Part shown: piece after piece, positions 54,809 to 64,000 of the stretch | How positions within the stretch are numbered: position 1 is the first letter of the stretch | How the letters are laid out: each line of letters starts with the position of its first letter | Assembly (NCBI GenBank): GCA_026392415.1 | Contig: JAPLCC010000016.1 | Span: forward strand, 2,503 to 66,502 | Direction: 5' to 3' | Length of the DNA stretch: 64,000 nucleotides | Origin: Propionibacteriales bacterium | GTDB taxonomy: Bacteria > Actinomycetota > Actinomycetes > Propionibacteriales > Nocardioidaceae | Program-made: the position numbers and the translations under genes | Notes under the pieces: model-generated | Database searches by the model: none | The model's input: only the letters and a program-made list of their open reading frames with translations | Told to the model about the DNA's origin: nothing

Positions 54809-57532
54809 TCAGTCGGGCAGGGTGGTGACGAGATCCGGCATCCTGCGCACGAGGGAGTCCGGACGCGGGTCCTTGATCGTCGCGACCCGAGCCGTGGCCG
54901 TCAGCGTCTGGGCACCGTCGACCCCGGCGAGGACGAGCGTGAGCTCCAGCGAGCTGACGTTGGGCAGGTCGTTCTTGAGTGCGGCGACCCGGGTGATCAG
55001 GTCCTCGACGGCAACCACGTCGACAGCGTCCGCACCCCGGTAGCCGAACAGCAGCGGCGAGCTCTTGACCTCGCGCACCATCGAGGACACCTCGTTCTGC
55101 CCCAGCGGCGGGATCCGGTAGGACCAGTCGCCCAGGAGCTCGATGACCGGGCCGGAGATGCCGAACGAGACGACGGGACCGAACAGCGGATCCTCGAACG
55201 AACGGATCGCGACCGGGACACCCGGCGGCGCACTGCGCTGGACCACGAAGCGGCCCATCGCCGGGTCGATCAGATGGGTCAGCGTCTCCCACGCATCGAG
55301 CATGTCGTCGGCGTCACTGATGTTGCGCCACACGTGGGTCTGGTCCGGGCGCTCGCGCAGGGAGTCCAGCGTGGACTTGAGGACGACGTCCCAGCCGAGT
55401 TCCGCACCGGCGGCGACCGCGGCCTCGGGGTCGGCGACAGCGCGGGTCGGCCAGAGCTCGATGCCGTAGTGGGCGAGGAGTTCGGTGACGCGCGCCTGGT
55501 CGAGCTCCAGCTCGCGGTCCCCCGCGGCGACCTCCGGATCGGCGAGCACCTCGTCGACCAGCTTGCGGGCTGCGCGGACGTCGACCTCGCCCGCATCGGC
55601 GGCCGGACCGTCCGGGGCGTGCAACCACACGGCGTACTCGACGACGCGGGCCAGGGCCCGCACGGCCGCCTCGACCGCGGGATACGACGGAACCGAGCCA
55701 CGTCCGGCGGAGGACCCCGCCACGTCGGGCACCCGCAGCAGCTCAGGGATGCCCTCGGCACCGAGGAACGAGGAGACCAGCGGCTTGTCGGACTGTTCAC
55801 CGACGGCGGCGAGGACGTTCGCGACCTCTTCGCCGGTGACGTCGAGCGGCGGGATGTAGACCGCGATCACCGAGTCGACGTCGGGGTCGTCGATCGCGTT
55901 GTCGAGGGCGTCCTCGAAGTCCTCGGCCGTCGCGTCGGCACCGAGCGCGACCGAGCGATTGACCACCAGTCCGACAGCGGACGCGGCGTCGGCGGCGAGC
56001 AGGCCGAGGGCATCGGAGTTGCCGACGATGGCGACCCGGCGACCGCGCGGCAGCGGCTGGTGCGCGAGCAGCTGCGCGACGTCGAACATGTCGTCCAGGG
56101 TGTCGACCTGGATCACGCCGGCCTGTCGGAACATGGCGTCCACGGCGGCCTGCGGAGCACCGATCCGGCGTACGGCGTGGCCCATCGGGACACCCTGGGT
56201 GGTGCGTCCGGACCGGACCGCCACGATCGGCTTGCGCTGCGAGACACGGCGCGCGATCCGCGAGAACTTGCGCGGGTTACCGATCGACTCGAGGTACATC
56301 ATCACGACCTCGGTGGCGTCGTCCTCCTCCCAGTACTGCAGGAGGTCGTTGCCCGAGACGTCAGCACGGTTGCCGGCACTGACGAACGTCGAGATGCCGA
56401 GCCCACGGTTCTTGACCTTCTCCAGGATCGCCGAGCCCAGCGCACCGGACTGGCAGAAGAAGCCGGCACGGCCGCGGGTCGGCATCACCGACGACAGCGA
56501 TGCGTTGACCTGGACGGTCGGGTCGGTGTTGATGACGCCGAGGCAGTTGGGGCCGATCAGCCGCAGGCCGTAGGACCGGCAGAGGCCGGCCAGGTGGCGC
56601 TGGCGCTTGCGGCCCTCCTCCCCTGTCTCGGCGAAGCCGGAGGAGATCACGATCAGTCCGTGCACGCCCTTGTTGGCGCAGTCGAGCACGACGTCGGTGA
56701 CCGCGTCCGCCGGCACGGCGACGATCGCCACGTCGACGTCGTCGGGGATGTCGTTGACGTTCTTGTACGCCGGCATGCCCGACACCGCGGGCGCGCTCGG
56801 GTTGACGACATAGACGCGCCCCGTGAAGTCGGCGGTCACGAGGTTGCGGACGAGAACCTGTCCGATCGTGTCCTGACGACGACTGGCGCCGATGATGGCG
56901 ACCGACTTGGGGTGGAAGAAGCGCTGGATGGACGCTGCCTCCGCGGCGTGCTCCCGGTCGCGCATCACACCGATGGCCGTGTCGGTCGGGTCGATCGGGA
57001 ACTCCAGGGTGATCACACCGTCGTGATAGCCGCTGGCCACCCGGTATCCGGCATCCCGGAAGGTGTGGATCATCCGGCTGTTGTCGGGCAGCACCTCGGC
57101 GGTGAAGCGTTCGACGCCACGCTCGCGTCCGGCCTGGGCCAGGTGCTCGAGCAGCAGTTGCGCGATGCCGCGGCCCTGGTGCCCGTCCTCGACGAGGAAG
57201 GCCACCTCCGCCTCGTTGTCCGCCACGACGTCGTACCGACCGACGGCGATCATCCGCTCCTGCAGGACCATCACCAGTGCGACGCGGTCGCGGTGGTCGA
57301 CGTGGGTGAACCGGCGGACGTCACGGTCCGAGAGCACCGGCATCGGCGAGAAGAACCGGTAGTACTTCGACTCGTCGGAGACGCGCGCATAGAACTCGAC
57401 CATGAGCTCTTCGTCGTCCGGACGGATCGGCCGGATGTGCGCCGTACGCCCGTCCCGCAGCAGGACGTCGCCCTCCCAGTGCGCGGGCGGTGCCTTGATC
57501 TCCTCGGTCGGGGTCGGGTCGCCAGCGCTCAC
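54809..57532 (-). CDS. Pat-type protein lysine acetyltransferase (GNAT + CoA-binding / acyl-CoA synthetase-like + ATP-grasp)
   Basis: N-terminal GNAT (EVAFLVEDGHQGRGIA), CoA-binding domain (VAIIGASR, RLIGPNCLG, SAGNRADVSGND), DPLFGPVVSFG. Confidence 0.9.
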   Translation of the reverse strand: MSAGDPTPTEEIKAPPAHWEGDVLLRDGRTAHIRPIRPDDEELMVEFYARVSDESKYYRFFSPMPVLSDRDVRRFTHVDHRDRVALVMVLQERMIAVGRYDVVADNEAEVAFLVEDGHQGRGIAQLLLEHLAQAGRERGVERFTAEVLPDNSRMIHTFRDAGYRVASGYHDGVITLEFPIDPTDTAIGVMRDREHAAEAASIQRFFHPKSVAIIGASRRQDTIGQVLVRNLVTADFTGRVYVVNPSAPAVSGMPAYKNVNDIPDDVDVAIVAVPADAVTDVVLDCANKGVHGLIVISSGFAETGEEGRKRQRHLAGLCRSYGLRLIGPNCLGVINTDPTVQVNASLSSVMPTRGRAGFFCQSGALGSAILEKVKNRGLGISTFVSAGNRADVSGNDLLQYWEEDDATEVVMMYLESIGNPRKFSRIARRVSQRKPIVAVRSGRTTQGVPMGHAVRRIGAPQAAVDAMFRQAGVIQVDTLDDMFDVAQLLAHQPLPRGRRVAIVGNSDALGLLAADAASAVGLVVNRSVALGADATAEDFEDALDNAIDDPDVDSVIAVYIPPLDVTGEEVANVLAAVGEQSDKPLVSSFLGAEGIPELLRVPDVAGSSAGRGSVPSYPAVEAAVRALARVVEYAVWLHAPDGPAADAGEVDVRAARKLVDEVLADPEVAAGDRELELDQARVTELLAHYGIELWPTRAVADPEAAVAAGAELGWDVVLKSTLDSLRERPDQTHVWRNISDADDMLDAWETLTHLIDPAMGRFVVQRSAPPGVPVAIRSFEDPLFGPVVSFGISGPVIELLGDWSYRIPPLGQNEVSSMVREVKSSPLLFGYRGADAVDVVAVEDLITRVAALKNDLPNVSSLELTLVLAGVDGAQTLTATARVATIKDPRPDSLVRRMPDLVTTLPD

Positions 57533-57615
57533 GAGGGCAAATCTATCGGTCCTGGCCGCATCCGTCCGGCGTGGCCGGTGAACGATGGTCGGTGCCGACC
57601 GGGACAATGACGCCC

Positions 57616-60096
57616 ATGGCACGTCGTACGAAGCAGGAACCACTCCCGGAGGACTTCGAGGAGCACATCCTCGACACCGACATCGGTGACGAGATGCAGT
57701 CCTCCTTCCTGGAGTACGCCTACTCCGTCATCTACTCCCGGGCCCTGCCCGACGCGCGCGACGGACTCAAGCCGGTCCAGCGACGGATCCTCTACACGAT
57801 GAACGACATGGGCCTGCGGCCCGACCGCGGCCACTCCAAGTGCGCACGCATCGTCGGTGAAGTGATGGGTCGCCTGCACCCGCACGGCGACACGGCCATC
57901 TACGACGCCCTCGTCCGTACGGCGCAACCGTGGTCGATGCGGTTGCCGATGGTCGACGGCCACGGAAACTTCGGTTCGCCCGGCGGCGAGGACCCGCCGG
58001 CCGCCATGAGGTACACCGAGGCCCGGATGGCGCCGCCCGCGGTCGCGATGACCGACTCGATCGACGAGGACACCGTCGACTTCAAGCCCAACTACGACAG
58101 CCGCGAGTGGGAGCCGACCGTTCTCCCGTCGGCCATCCCGAACCTCGTCGTGAACGGCACCACCGGCATCGCGGTCGGCATGGCGACCAACATGGCCCCG
58201 CACAACCTGATCGAGGTCGTCCAGGCGCTGCGCCACCTGATCCAGCACCCGAAGACCGACCTCGACGGGATCATGCGGTTCATCCCGGGCCCCGACCTCC
58301 CGACCGGCGGCAAGATCGTCGGGCTCGACGGCGTGCGCGACGCCTACGAGACCGGCCGCGGCGTCTTCAAGATGCGCGCGACCGCCCGGATCGAGACGGT
58401 CGGTCGCCGCAAGGGGATCGTGGTGACCGAGCTGCCCTTCAACATCGGCACCGAGAAGGTCATGGAGCGGATCAAGGTCCTCGTCCAGACCAAGAAGATC
58501 CAGGGCATCGCCGACATGAAGGACCTCACCGACCGGTCGCACGGCCTGCGCCTGGTCATCGAGGTCAAGAACGGCTTCGTCCCCGAGGCCCTGCTCGAGC
58601 AGCTCTACAAGCAGACGCCGATGGAGGAGTCCTTCGGCATCAACAACGTCGCCCTCGTCGACGGCCAGCCGCGCACGCTGGGTCTCAAGGAGCTGCTCGA
58701 GGTCTTCCTCCAGCACCGCTACGAGGTCGTCCGGCGACGCTCGCAGTTCCGTCGCAACAAGAAGGCCGCGCGCCTGCACCTGGTCGACGGACTGCTGATC
58801 GCACTGATCGACATCGACGAGGTCATCCAGCTGATCCGCACCAGCGACGACGCGGCCGCCGCCCGCGAGCGCCTGATGAGCGTCTTCGACCTCTCCGAGG
58901 AGCAGGCCGAGTACATCCTCGGCATGGCGCTGCGCCAGCTCACCCGCTTCTCCCGGATCAACCTGGAGAAGGAGCAGGAGGAGTTGCGCAAGGAGATCGA
59001 GGAGCTGGACGCGATCCTGGCCGACGAAGGCCTGCTGAAGAAGGTGGTCTCCAACGAGCTGGCGGAGATCGCCAAGACCTTCGGTACGCCGCGTCGTACG
59101 GTCCTGCTCGAGTCGGCAGGCTCGACCGCGATCACTGCCGCCGCCGCACCGCTCGAGATCGCCGACGAGCCCTGCTTCGCGCTCCTCTCCTCGACCGGCC
59201 TGCTCGCCCGCACCACCAACGCCGAGGACATCGGCACCGGTGGTGGTCGTGCCAACCATGACGTCGTGGTCTCGGCCATCCGCACGACGGCCCGCGCCGA
59301 CATCGGCGTCCTCACCTCGACCGGGCGCCTGCTCCGGCTCGGCGTCCTGGACCTGCCGGCCATCCCGCCGTCGGCCAACGAGCCCAACCTCTCGGGCGGG
59401 CTGCCGCTCACCGAGGTGCTCGACCTCGCCCCCGGCGAGCGGGCCCTGGCGCTGACGTCGCTGGCCACCGAGGGCCCGGGACTGGCTCTCGGCACCAAGC
59501 TCGGTGTCGTGAAACGGGTCAACCCCGAGGTCATCAGCAAGGACGAGTGGGACGTCATCCGGCTCGGCGACGGTGACGAGGTCATCGGCGCCGTCGAGCT
59601 CGTCACCGGCACCGAGGAACTGTGCTTCATCACGACCGACGCACAGCTCCTGCACTACGGCGCCGCAGGCGTCCGGCCACAGGGACGCTCCGGTGGCGGC
59701 ATGGCGGGCGTCAAGCTCACCGCCGGTGAGAGCGTTGCGTGGTTCGGTGTCCTCGACCTCGCCTCCCCTGCCGTCGTGGTGACCTCCTCCGGTTCCTCGA
59801 CTGCGCTGCCCGGCACCGAGCCGGGTGCGGTGAAGGTGACCGACTTCGCCGAGTACCCCGCCAAGGGACGCGCGACCGGCGGTGTGCGCTGCCACCGGTT
59901 CCTCAAGGGCGAGGATACCCTCGTCTTCGCCTGGGCCGGTACGTCCCCGGCGCGGGCCGCTGCCGCCAGTGGAGCGCCGATCGACCTCCCTGCCGCCACC
60001 GGTCGCCGCGACGGATCCGGAGTCCCCGGCAGCCAGGCGATCGCCGCTGCTGCGGGCCCTCTCGCCGCCGTGCTGACCGATGATGTGTCAGGGTGA
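57616..60096 (+). CDS. parC: Type IIA topoisomerase A subunit, actinobacterial topoisomerase IV (ParC-like)
   Basis: RALPDARDGLKPVQRR, HPHGDTAIYD, catalytic AAMRYTEAR, GIAVGMATN, C-terminal pinwheel repeats. No adjacent B subunit, not in oriC context. Confidence 0.85.
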   Translation: MARRTKQEPLPEDFEEHILDTDIGDEMQSSFLEYAYSVIYSRALPDARDGLKPVQRRILYTMNDMGLRPDRGHSKCARIVGEVMGRLHPHGDTAIYDALVRTAQPWSMRLPMVDGHGNFGSPGGEDPPAAMRYTEARMAPPAVAMTDSIDEDTVDFKPNYDSREWEPTVLPSAIPNLVVNGTTGIAVGMATNMAPHNLIEVVQALRHLIQHPKTDLDGIMRFIPGPDLPTGGKIVGLDGVRDAYETGRGVFKMRATARIETVGRRKGIVVTELPFNIGTEKVMERIKVLVQTKKIQGIADMKDLTDRSHGLRLVIEVKNGFVPEALLEQLYKQTPMEESFGINNVALVDGQPRTLGLKELLEVFLQHRYEVVRRRSQFRRNKKAARLHLVDGLLIALIDIDEVIQLIRTSDDAAAARERLMSVFDLSEEQAEYILGMALRQLTRFSRINLEKEQEELRKEIEELDAILADEGLLKKVVSNELAEIAKTFGTPRRTVLLESAGSTAITAAAAPLEIADEPCFALLSSTGLLARTTNAEDIGTGGGRANHDVVVSAIRTTARADIGVLTSTGRLLRLGVLDLPAIPPSANEPNLSGGLPLTEVLDLAPGERALALTSLATEGPGLALGTKLGVVKRVNPEVISKDEWDVIRLGDGDEVIGAVELVTGTEELCFITTDAQLLHYGAAGVRPQGRSGGGMAGVKLTAGESVAWFGVLDLASPAVVVTSSGSSTALPGTEPGAVKVTDFAEYPAKGRATGGVRCHRFLKGEDTLVFAWAGTSPARAAAASGAPIDLPAATGRRDGSGVPGSQAIAAAAGPLAAVLTDDVSG

Positions 60097-60100
60097 TGTC

Positions 60101-60817
60101 ATGACGATCGGACGCACCCGAGTGGCTGCTGCACTGCTCACCGGCCTGTTCGCCGTGACCGGCCTCGCCGCCTGTTCGGGTGACGACGCCCCCCAGGGCG
60201 ACGACTGGAGCGACGCCGGGGTGAAGGCGAAGAAGTTCCTCGACGAGACCAGCGGCATCAGCGTGTCGATCTCGACGGGCGACGACCCCGGTGTCGACTA
60301 CCTCAAGGCAGCCACCGGCACGATCGTCGCCGACCCGCCGGCGTTCGAGGGCACGGCCGACGGCTCGGTCTCCGGCCTCCCCGTCGACGGCGTCCCGATC
60401 ATCTCGGTCGGCGGCACGATGTACATCAACCACCCGCTCCTCGGAGGCTGGAGCGACCGCTTCCAGCCCGAGGACCTCTGCGCCCCGGACCCCGCACTGC
60501 TCCTGGACCCCGACTCGGGAGTCTCCTCGGTGCTCACCAGCAGCGATGACGTCAAGGCGGGCAAGAGCGAGCGCGGCGGCAAGGACAACAAGGAGACCTT
60601 CCACACCTACACCGGAACGGCCTCCGGCGACTCGATCCGCGGGATCCTGCCGTGCGCCGAGGGCGACGACTTCGCCGCGACGTACCGCGTCGACGACGAC
60701 GGCCGTCTGCGCACCGCACGACTGACCGGGGTGTTCTTCCCCGACTCGGAGGAAGTCACCTACACCATCGACGTCACCGAGTACGACGTCGAGAAGGACA
60801 TCTCCGCACCGGAATGA
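60101..60817 (+). CDS. LppX/LprAFG-family lipoprotein
   Basis: Lipobox LAAC, LCAPDPALLLDPDSGVSSVL, coupled to a P55-like MFS gene. Confidence 0.8.
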   Translation: MTIGRTRVAAALLTGLFAVTGLAACSGDDAPQGDDWSDAGVKAKKFLDETSGISVSISTGDDPGVDYLKAATGTIVADPPAFEGTADGSVSGLPVDGVPIISVGGTMYINHPLLGGWSDRFQPEDLCAPDPALLLDPDSGVSSVLTSSDDVKAGKSERGGKDNKETFHTYTGTASGDSIRGILPCAEGDDFAATYRVDDDGRLRTARLTGVFFPDSEEVTYTIDVTEYDVEKDISAPE

Positions 60818-62601
60818 GCCGCGAACGGCTTCTCCTCGCCTTCTGCGCGGTCGCCGTCGCCTTCGCGGCGGTCGACACGTACGTCGTCGTGCTCGCCCTG
60901 CCCGACATGATGGGCGGCGTGGGCCTGGGAGGCGATCAACTCCAGCGAGCCGCACCGATCGTGTCCGGCTTCCTCCTGGGCTACGTCGCGATGCTGCCCC
61001 TCATGGGACGGATCGCCGACCTGCGGGGACAGGTGCCGGTGCTGGCGATGTCGCTGGTGCTGTTCTCCATCGGCTCGCTGGTCACGGCGGTGTCCTACGA
61101 CCTCCCGAGCATGGTGACCGGCCGCTTCCTGCAGGGCGTGGGCGGCGGCGGACTGGTGCCGGCGACGATGTCACTGGTCGCCGCTCTCTACCCGATCGAG
61201 CGCCGCGGACTCCCCCTCGGCATCGTGTCCGCAGTTCAGGAGTTCGGCAGCGTGCTGGGTCCGCTGTTCGGCGCCCTCGTGCTCTCCTTCACCTCGTGGC
61301 GCGGCATCTTCGCGATCAACCTGGCTGGCGGTGTCCTGCTCGTCGTGATCGTCGGCGCCCTGGCCCGGGGGCGCCTCGATACGTCCTCGCCTGGCGGCTC
61401 GGACTACTCGACGAACCTGGCCCTAGGCTCGTCGAGTGCCGGTCGCGAGGAACGAGCGACCGGTGTATCGAGACGCCCGCAACTCCCCGCCAGGCTCGTC
61501 ACCCTCGCCCTCCTCGCCACCACCCTCGCCGCCGGCCTGATCACCTTCCTCGAACCTGCCTCCATCCAGCGTGATCTGACCTGGGGCCAGGTCTTCATCC
61601 CGTACGTCGACGGTGGCAGCCGCTGGATCACGCCGATCGGCCTGGTCACGGTCGGGGCGTTCGTCGCCTTCCTGCTCTGCTGCTGGTTCCTGCCAAGGCC
61701 GCTGGTGGACCTCCGCGGGTGGTTCGACCACCTGCTCGCAGCCGACCTGCTCGGCGCCGGCCTGCTCGCCGCAGCGCTCGGCGGGATCGTGCTGGCGTTC
61801 GCGACCGCCGACCCGGAGGTGGCCGTCTTCTCCCCGCAGGGGCCGTGGTTCCTCACCGGGTCGGCCCTGGCCGTCGTACTCCTTCTCGTGCACCTGCGCC
61901 GCGCCGACGACCCGATCGTGCCGCGCGGTGCACTGCGGGCGATGCCGGCATGGGGTGCGCTGGTCGTCAGCTTCCTCGTCGGTTGGGCGCTGATCGCGGC
62001 GCTGGTCGACATCCCGTTGTTCGCCCGGACCACGACGCACCCGAACTCGCAGCTCGGGGCCGCGCTGGTGCTGTTGCGGTTCCTCGCCGCGCTGCCGGTC
62101 GGCGCGGTCGTCGGCGGCTGGCTGCTGCGACGGCTCAACGCCGGCGTCCTCACGGCGGTCGGCATGGCCACGGCTGGCGCCGCCTTCCTCGCCATGGCGC
62201 AGTGGGACAGGACCAGCCTCGACGGGTTCGCGTCGAACGTGCCGCTGGTGCTCGGCGGATTCGGCTTCGGCCTCGCCCTGGCGCCGGTCAACGCCGCCAT
62301 TCTCGCCAACACCGATGACGACGCCCACGGTCTTGCCAGCGCTCTTGTCGTCGTGGCCCGGATGGTCGGCATGCTGGTCGGCATCTCCGCGCTCACCACC
62401 ATCGGCCTGCGCCGCCTCTACGCCGCGCAGGCCGAGGACCCAACGCTCGACCCCCGCGATCTCGGCATTCTCCAGGAGCAGGCGGTGTTCATGGGCGCGG
62501 CGGTCGCGGCCTTCGCTGCCGCCGCCCTCGCGCTCGTGCTCTTCGCCCGAGCCGAGACCCGCGACGTGGACACTGCAGAGGTGCTTCGCAGCGCCGGATA
62601 G
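60814..62601 (+). CDS. MFS transporter, P55 / Rv1410c-like (DHA2)
   Basis: ATGA overlap with the lipoprotein gene. DTYVVVLALPDMM, QRAAPIVSGFLLGYVAMLPLMGRIADLRG, GRFLQGVGGGGLVPAT. Confidence 0.9.
   Translation: MSRERLLLAFCAVAVAFAAVDTYVVVLALPDMMGGVGLGGDQLQRAAPIVSGFLLGYVAMLPLMGRIADLRGQVPVLAMSLVLFSIGSLVTAVSYDLPSMVTGRFLQGVGGGGLVPATMSLVAALYPIERRGLPLGIVSAVQEFGSVLGPLFGALVLSFTSWRGIFAINLAGGVLLVVIVGALARGRLDTSSPGGSDYSTNLALGSSSAGREERATGVSRRPQLPARLVTLALLATTLAAGLITFLEPASIQRDLTWGQVFIPYVDGGSRWITPIGLVTVGAFVAFLLCCWFLPRPLVDLRGWFDHLLAADLLGAGLLAAALGGIVLAFATADPEVAVFSPQGPWFLTGSALAVVLLLVHLRRADDPIVPRGALRAMPAWGALVVSFLVGWALIAALVDIPLFARTTTHPNSQLGAALVLLRFLAALPVGAVVGGWLLRRLNAGVLTAVGMATAGAAFLAMAQWDRTSLDGFASNVPLVLGGFGFGLALAPVNAAILANTDDDAHGLASALVVVARMVGMLVGISALTTIGLRRLYAAQAEDPTLDPRDLGILQEQAVFMGAAVAAFAAAALALVLFARAETRDVDTAEVLRSAG
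61371..61476. repeat. Inverted REP pair (GTAG family) inside the MFS gene
   Basis: Unit 61371-61417 is 43/47 identical to intergenic unit 2254-2300. Inverted unit at 61426-61476. Frame is preserved. Confidence 0.9.
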
Positions 62602-62610
62602 GCTGGTCCC

Positions 62611-63105
62611 ATGGGCAATTTCGATGACCTCCTGAAGGCCAATCGCGAGTTCGCCGACCACTTCGAGTTCGGCGGCTTCGACGGCAAGGCGCACGCGGGC
62701 GTGGCGATCGTGACGTGCATGGATTCGCGGATCGACCCGCTCAAGATGCTGGGTCTCAAGCACGGCGACGCCAAGATCTTCCGCAACCCGGGTGGCCGCG
62801 TGACCGAGGCAGCCCTCGAGGCGCTGGTGCTGGGCGTGCACCTGCTCACCGTCGAGCGGATCCTGGTCATCCCGCACACCCGCTGCGCGATGGCCTCGGC
62901 CTCGGAGGCCGACATCCAGGCGAAGATCGGCGAGGCCACCGGCCAGGACGTCTCCTGGCACCGGTTCCACGTCATCGACAACCAGAGGACCGCCCTCGCT
63001 GAGGACGTCCGCAAGGTGCGCTCGCACCCGCTCATCCCCGACACGATCGAGGTCGGCGGCTTCATCTACGACGTCGACACCGGCCTGCTCGCCCACGAGG
63101 TCTGA
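62611..63105 (+). CDS. Beta-class carbonic anhydrase
   Basis: CMDSRIDP, RNPGGRV, HTRC zinc ligands. Confidence 0.93.
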   Translation: MGNFDDLLKANREFADHFEFGGFDGKAHAGVAIVTCMDSRIDPLKMLGLKHGDAKIFRNPGGRVTEAALEALVLGVHLLTVERILVIPHTRCAMASASEADIQAKIGEATGQDVSWHRFHVIDNQRTALAEDVRKVRSHPLIPDTIEVGGFIYDVDTGLLAHEV

Positions 63106-63109
63106 GGCG

Positions 63110-63586
63110 GTGCGCCGCTCCGCGCTGCCCGCACTGGCCCTGGTCGCCACCTCCCTTCTCACCGGCTGCGGCGACGACGGATCCGACGGCCAGGAGCCGA
63201 AGGACGATTCCACGTCGTCGGCGACGTCCGGCGAGACCTCCCCAGCTCCCGGCGATCCGACCGGTTCGTCATCCGACGACGCTTCGGAGTCGGCGTCCGA
63301 CACGACCACCGAGGCCGCCCTCGACGAGAAGGTCGCGGAGACGGCCGGCAAGCTCGACTGCACGGCGTCCGAGGGCACCGCAGGGTTCGAGGGCGAGACC
63401 GAGCACGAGTGCGGTCCGTTCCTGATCGTCGACTGGACCACGGCGGGCATCTCCGAGGAGGAGATGTTCACCGCGATCGACAACTGGGTCGACGAGGATC
63501 GTCCGCTGTGGCTCTACGCCGGCGACATGGTGCTGGTCTACGGCACCGTGGAAGACCTCGACGGCGTCAGCAGCGCGTTCGAGTAA
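63110..63586 (+). CDS. Hypothetical lipoprotein
   Basis: Lipobox LTGC, Ser/Asp/Thr-rich linker, small C-terminal domain with a Cys pair. Confidence 0.75.
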   Translation: MRRSALPALALVATSLLTGCGDDGSDGQEPKDDSTSSATSGETSPAPGDPTGSSSDDASESASDTTTEAALDEKVAETAGKLDCTASEGTAGFEGETEHECGPFLIVDWTTAGISEEEMFTAIDNWVDEDRPLWLYAGDMVLVYGTVEDLDGVSSAFE

Positions 63587-63590
63587 CCCT

Positions 63591-63962
63591 TCAGAGCAGC
63601 GCGCGCAACGACTTGTCGACCAGCACTCCCGGGAACGCGTCGAGTCGGACCCCCAGCTCGGCCAGGCTGCCGATCGGGCTGATCATTGCGAGCAGTTCCT
63701 CGACATCTGCGGCGGCATCGGCGACCGGCACGTCGAACAGCAGCGGGCAGTCCACCGCGCCACCGTCCGGCTCGGGCGGCAGGGCAGGCAACCAGCAGCC
63801 GACCTCGAGGGTCAGCGTGGCGTGCTGACCCACACCCGAAGCCCGCGGGTCGACGTACCAGAAGAGGTCGCCGACCTGGAGCCGCAAGTGGCCACGCCGG
63901 GCCTTGGCACCGCGCGCCTTCAGCGTCTTGATGACCACCGCACGCGTATCGGACACCGTCAT
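63591..63962 (-). CDS. Hypothetical protein
   Basis: 123-aa ATG ORF with protein-like composition, filling the gap convergent to the lipoprotein gene. Confidence 0.6.
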   Translation of the reverse strand: MTVSDTRAVVIKTLKARGAKARRGHLRLQVGDLFWYVDPRASGVGQHATLTLEVGCWLPALPPEPDGGAVDCPLLFDVPVADAAADVEELLAMISPIGSLAELGVRLDAFPGVLVDKSLRALL

Positions 63963-64000
63963 GGGGCCACTCTCACGCGTCGAGCGTTTCCATGTCGACC

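Noticed and set aside
57616-60096. Primary gyrase gyrA, or a quinolone-resistance allele
   Set aside because: No adjacent gyrB or oriC context, so it fits the second actinobacterial type IIA enzyme. Thr at the Ser83-equivalent position cannot be interpreted without orthologs.
1-64000. tRNA/rRNA genes, transposases, integrases, prophage, toxin-antitoxin or retron elements
   Set aside because: Intergenic spaces are short and accounted for. No cloverleaf, rRNA signature, DDE/tyrosine recombinase or reverse transcriptase motifs were seen by eye.

Overview
High-GC actinobacterial chromosome segment; gene content and repeats suggest a Nocardioides-like organism (inference). No rRNA, tRNA, CRISPR array, transposase or prophage could be supported. 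Blocks in order: (1) 3.7-21.1 kb, a DosRS-type hypoxia island (GAF kinase, NarL-family regulator, Acg nitroreductase, 2 PNPOx-like proteins, CBS-BON protein, ppdK, acyltransferase, cydAB plus fused cydDC, 2 USPs, flavodoxin). Its promoters carry tandem GGGACC-NN-GGTCCC-like boxes spaced 22-24 bp. (2) 21.1-29.3 kb, a GH114 / YbjN / SDR cluster, two intact c-di-GMP enzymes, and a processive GT2 with a small coupled membrane partner. (3) 29.3-36.3 kb, a metal cluster: an IdeR-boxed iron-siderophore ABC operon bracketed by REP direct repeats, a 681-aa unknown membrane protein with two PmoC/AmoC-like DxxxH...P[ST]H motifs, and mntP behind a strong leader terminator. (4) glnE-glnA-nadE-panB core genes. 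(5) tdk, ECF sigma pair, phosphodiesterase, DUF5998, Pat acetyltransferase and parC-like gene. (6) An LprG/P55-like lipoprotein-MFS pair plus carbonic anhydrase. Best candidates for something new: the PmoC-motif membrane protein, and GTAG-type REP elements translated in frame inside nadE and the MFS gene. All family calls come from recalled motifs, not database searches.
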